Translations under genes and position numbers: made by a program
Notes under the pieces: model-generated
The model's input: the letters and a program-made list of their open reading frames with translations, nothing else
Databases searched by the model: none
What the model was told of the DNA's origin: nothing
Source: an uncultured Clostridia bacterium
GTDB taxonomy: Bacteria; Bacillota; Clostridia; TANB77; CAG-508
Direction of reading: 5' to 3'
NCBI GenBank assembly: GCA_947573445.1
Contig: CANPFR010000001.1
Location: 86,984 to 150,983 of the forward strand
DNA length: 64,000 bases
Shown: piece by piece, positions 63,529 to 64,000 of the stretch
Layout: each line of letters starts with the position of its first letter
How positions within the stretch are numbered: position 1 is the first letter of the stretch

Positions 63529-64000
63529 ATCACCGTCAACTCCTCTCCATAATCCCTACTCGAACTATTCCTTCTCTCCACATCAAAACTAAATTGATGT
63601 TTCACCTCAATCGGTTCCTCATTAAATACAACTTGTTTTCTCACTTCATAAGCAATTGCTAATCCCATCATCTGGTCATCATGTCCTCCCTCTGGTGCCT
63701 CAATCCTGCCCTTCTCATTTCGAATAATCGTAAGTAACTCCTCTAAAGTATCTTTATCATTAATCAATTCTGTATGTTCTCTTACAATTTCAATCAGATT
63801 TGCTAAAATCGTAGGTCTTGTAATCAACGTCGTCTTAAATCCAAAGCGTTTTTCAACTGCTCCTGTATAAGTATCAGGTCTTTCTCTTACATATTGATTT
63901 GTATATTTTAAGCGTTGTAACTCCATGATAGGAAAACTATCAAAATTCGCCTCAATCCCAATCAAAGCATACTTATAATACATTCCCAAACAATACATCT
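63525..64000 (-). CDS. terL: terminase large subunit, C-terminal (nuclease) part; the gene continues beyond the window
   Basis: ...IEANFDSF..., ...GFKTT..TR and GGHDDQMMGLAIA, typical of the terminase RNaseH-like nuclease domain. The open frame reaches the window edge. Confidence 0.85.
   Translation of the reverse strand, partial: MYCLGMYYKYALIGIEANFDSFPIMELQRLKYTNQYVRERPDTYTGAVEKRFGFKTTLITRPTILANLIEIVREHTELINDKDTLEELLTIIRNEKGRIEAPEGGHDDQMMGLAIAYEVRKQVVFNEEPIEVKHQFSFDVERRNSSSRDYGEELTVI

Larger units (their letters stand above)
42652..64000 (-). mobile_element. prophage, left (lysis-proximal) end at the tRNA fragment; right end beyond the window
   Basis: Contiguous leftward module: terminase, portal, scaffold, capsid, structural proteins, tail fibre, holin, amidase. 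A tRNA 3' fragment plus tandem repeats sit at the boundary. Confidence 0.85.

Noticed and set aside
1-64000. Looked for CRISPR arrays, reverse transcriptase/retron/DGR signatures, integrase or transposase genes, and rRNA.
   Set aside because: None found. There are no regularly spaced direct repeats, no YxDD-type RT motif in any ORF and no recombinase-like ORF. The prophage integrase is presumably beyond the right edge.

Overview
This is a low-GC chromosome segment from a spore-forming Firmicute, transcribed almost entirely leftward. From 1 to about 41 kb it is a housekeeping and sporulation backbone. It carries a YbiT-like ABC-F ATPase, pcrA, htpX, lemA, a TatD-family hydrolase, acpS, spoIIE, spoVG and tRNA-Lys(CUU). 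It also carries a MacB-type ABC exporter with two HlyD adaptors and a divergent LytTR/membrane-protein pair, then VanW, recR, ybaB, dnaX, a small SRP RNA, a G5-SH3-glucosaminidase wall module and tadA. This backbone is interrupted by single-gene orphan cassettes at 210, 9486, 18047, 29946, 31377 and 33649. These are visibly higher in GC, have near-consensus extended -10 promoters and their own terminators, and several share a TTTTATGTAAA promoter-spacer motif. Three conserved genes (yjjX-like, recR, tadA) each carry a +1 frameshift in a short A/T run. Between tadA and a tRNA 3' fragment lies a small phage-derived remnant: an HTH protein, a DUF1492-like regulator and a SleB-type hydrolase. From 42652 to the right edge there is a prophage inserted into the 3' end of a tRNA gene, and it continues beyond the window. 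Read in transcription order (right to left) it encodes terminase large subunit (partial), portal, scaffold, P22-coat-like capsid and three structural proteins, then a 2140-aa polyvalent-type giant protein. After that come a very low-GC two-gene moron, baseplate and tail-fibre genes, a lysis cassette, and an att-proximal small membrane-protein gene. I saw no CRISPR array, reverse transcriptase, integrase or transposase. The best candidates for something new are the giant polyvalent protein, the intra-operon moron and the dispersed orphan-cassette set. All functional calls are from motif reading by eye. Hand-derived coordinates for promoters, hairpins and repeats may be off by 1-2 nt.
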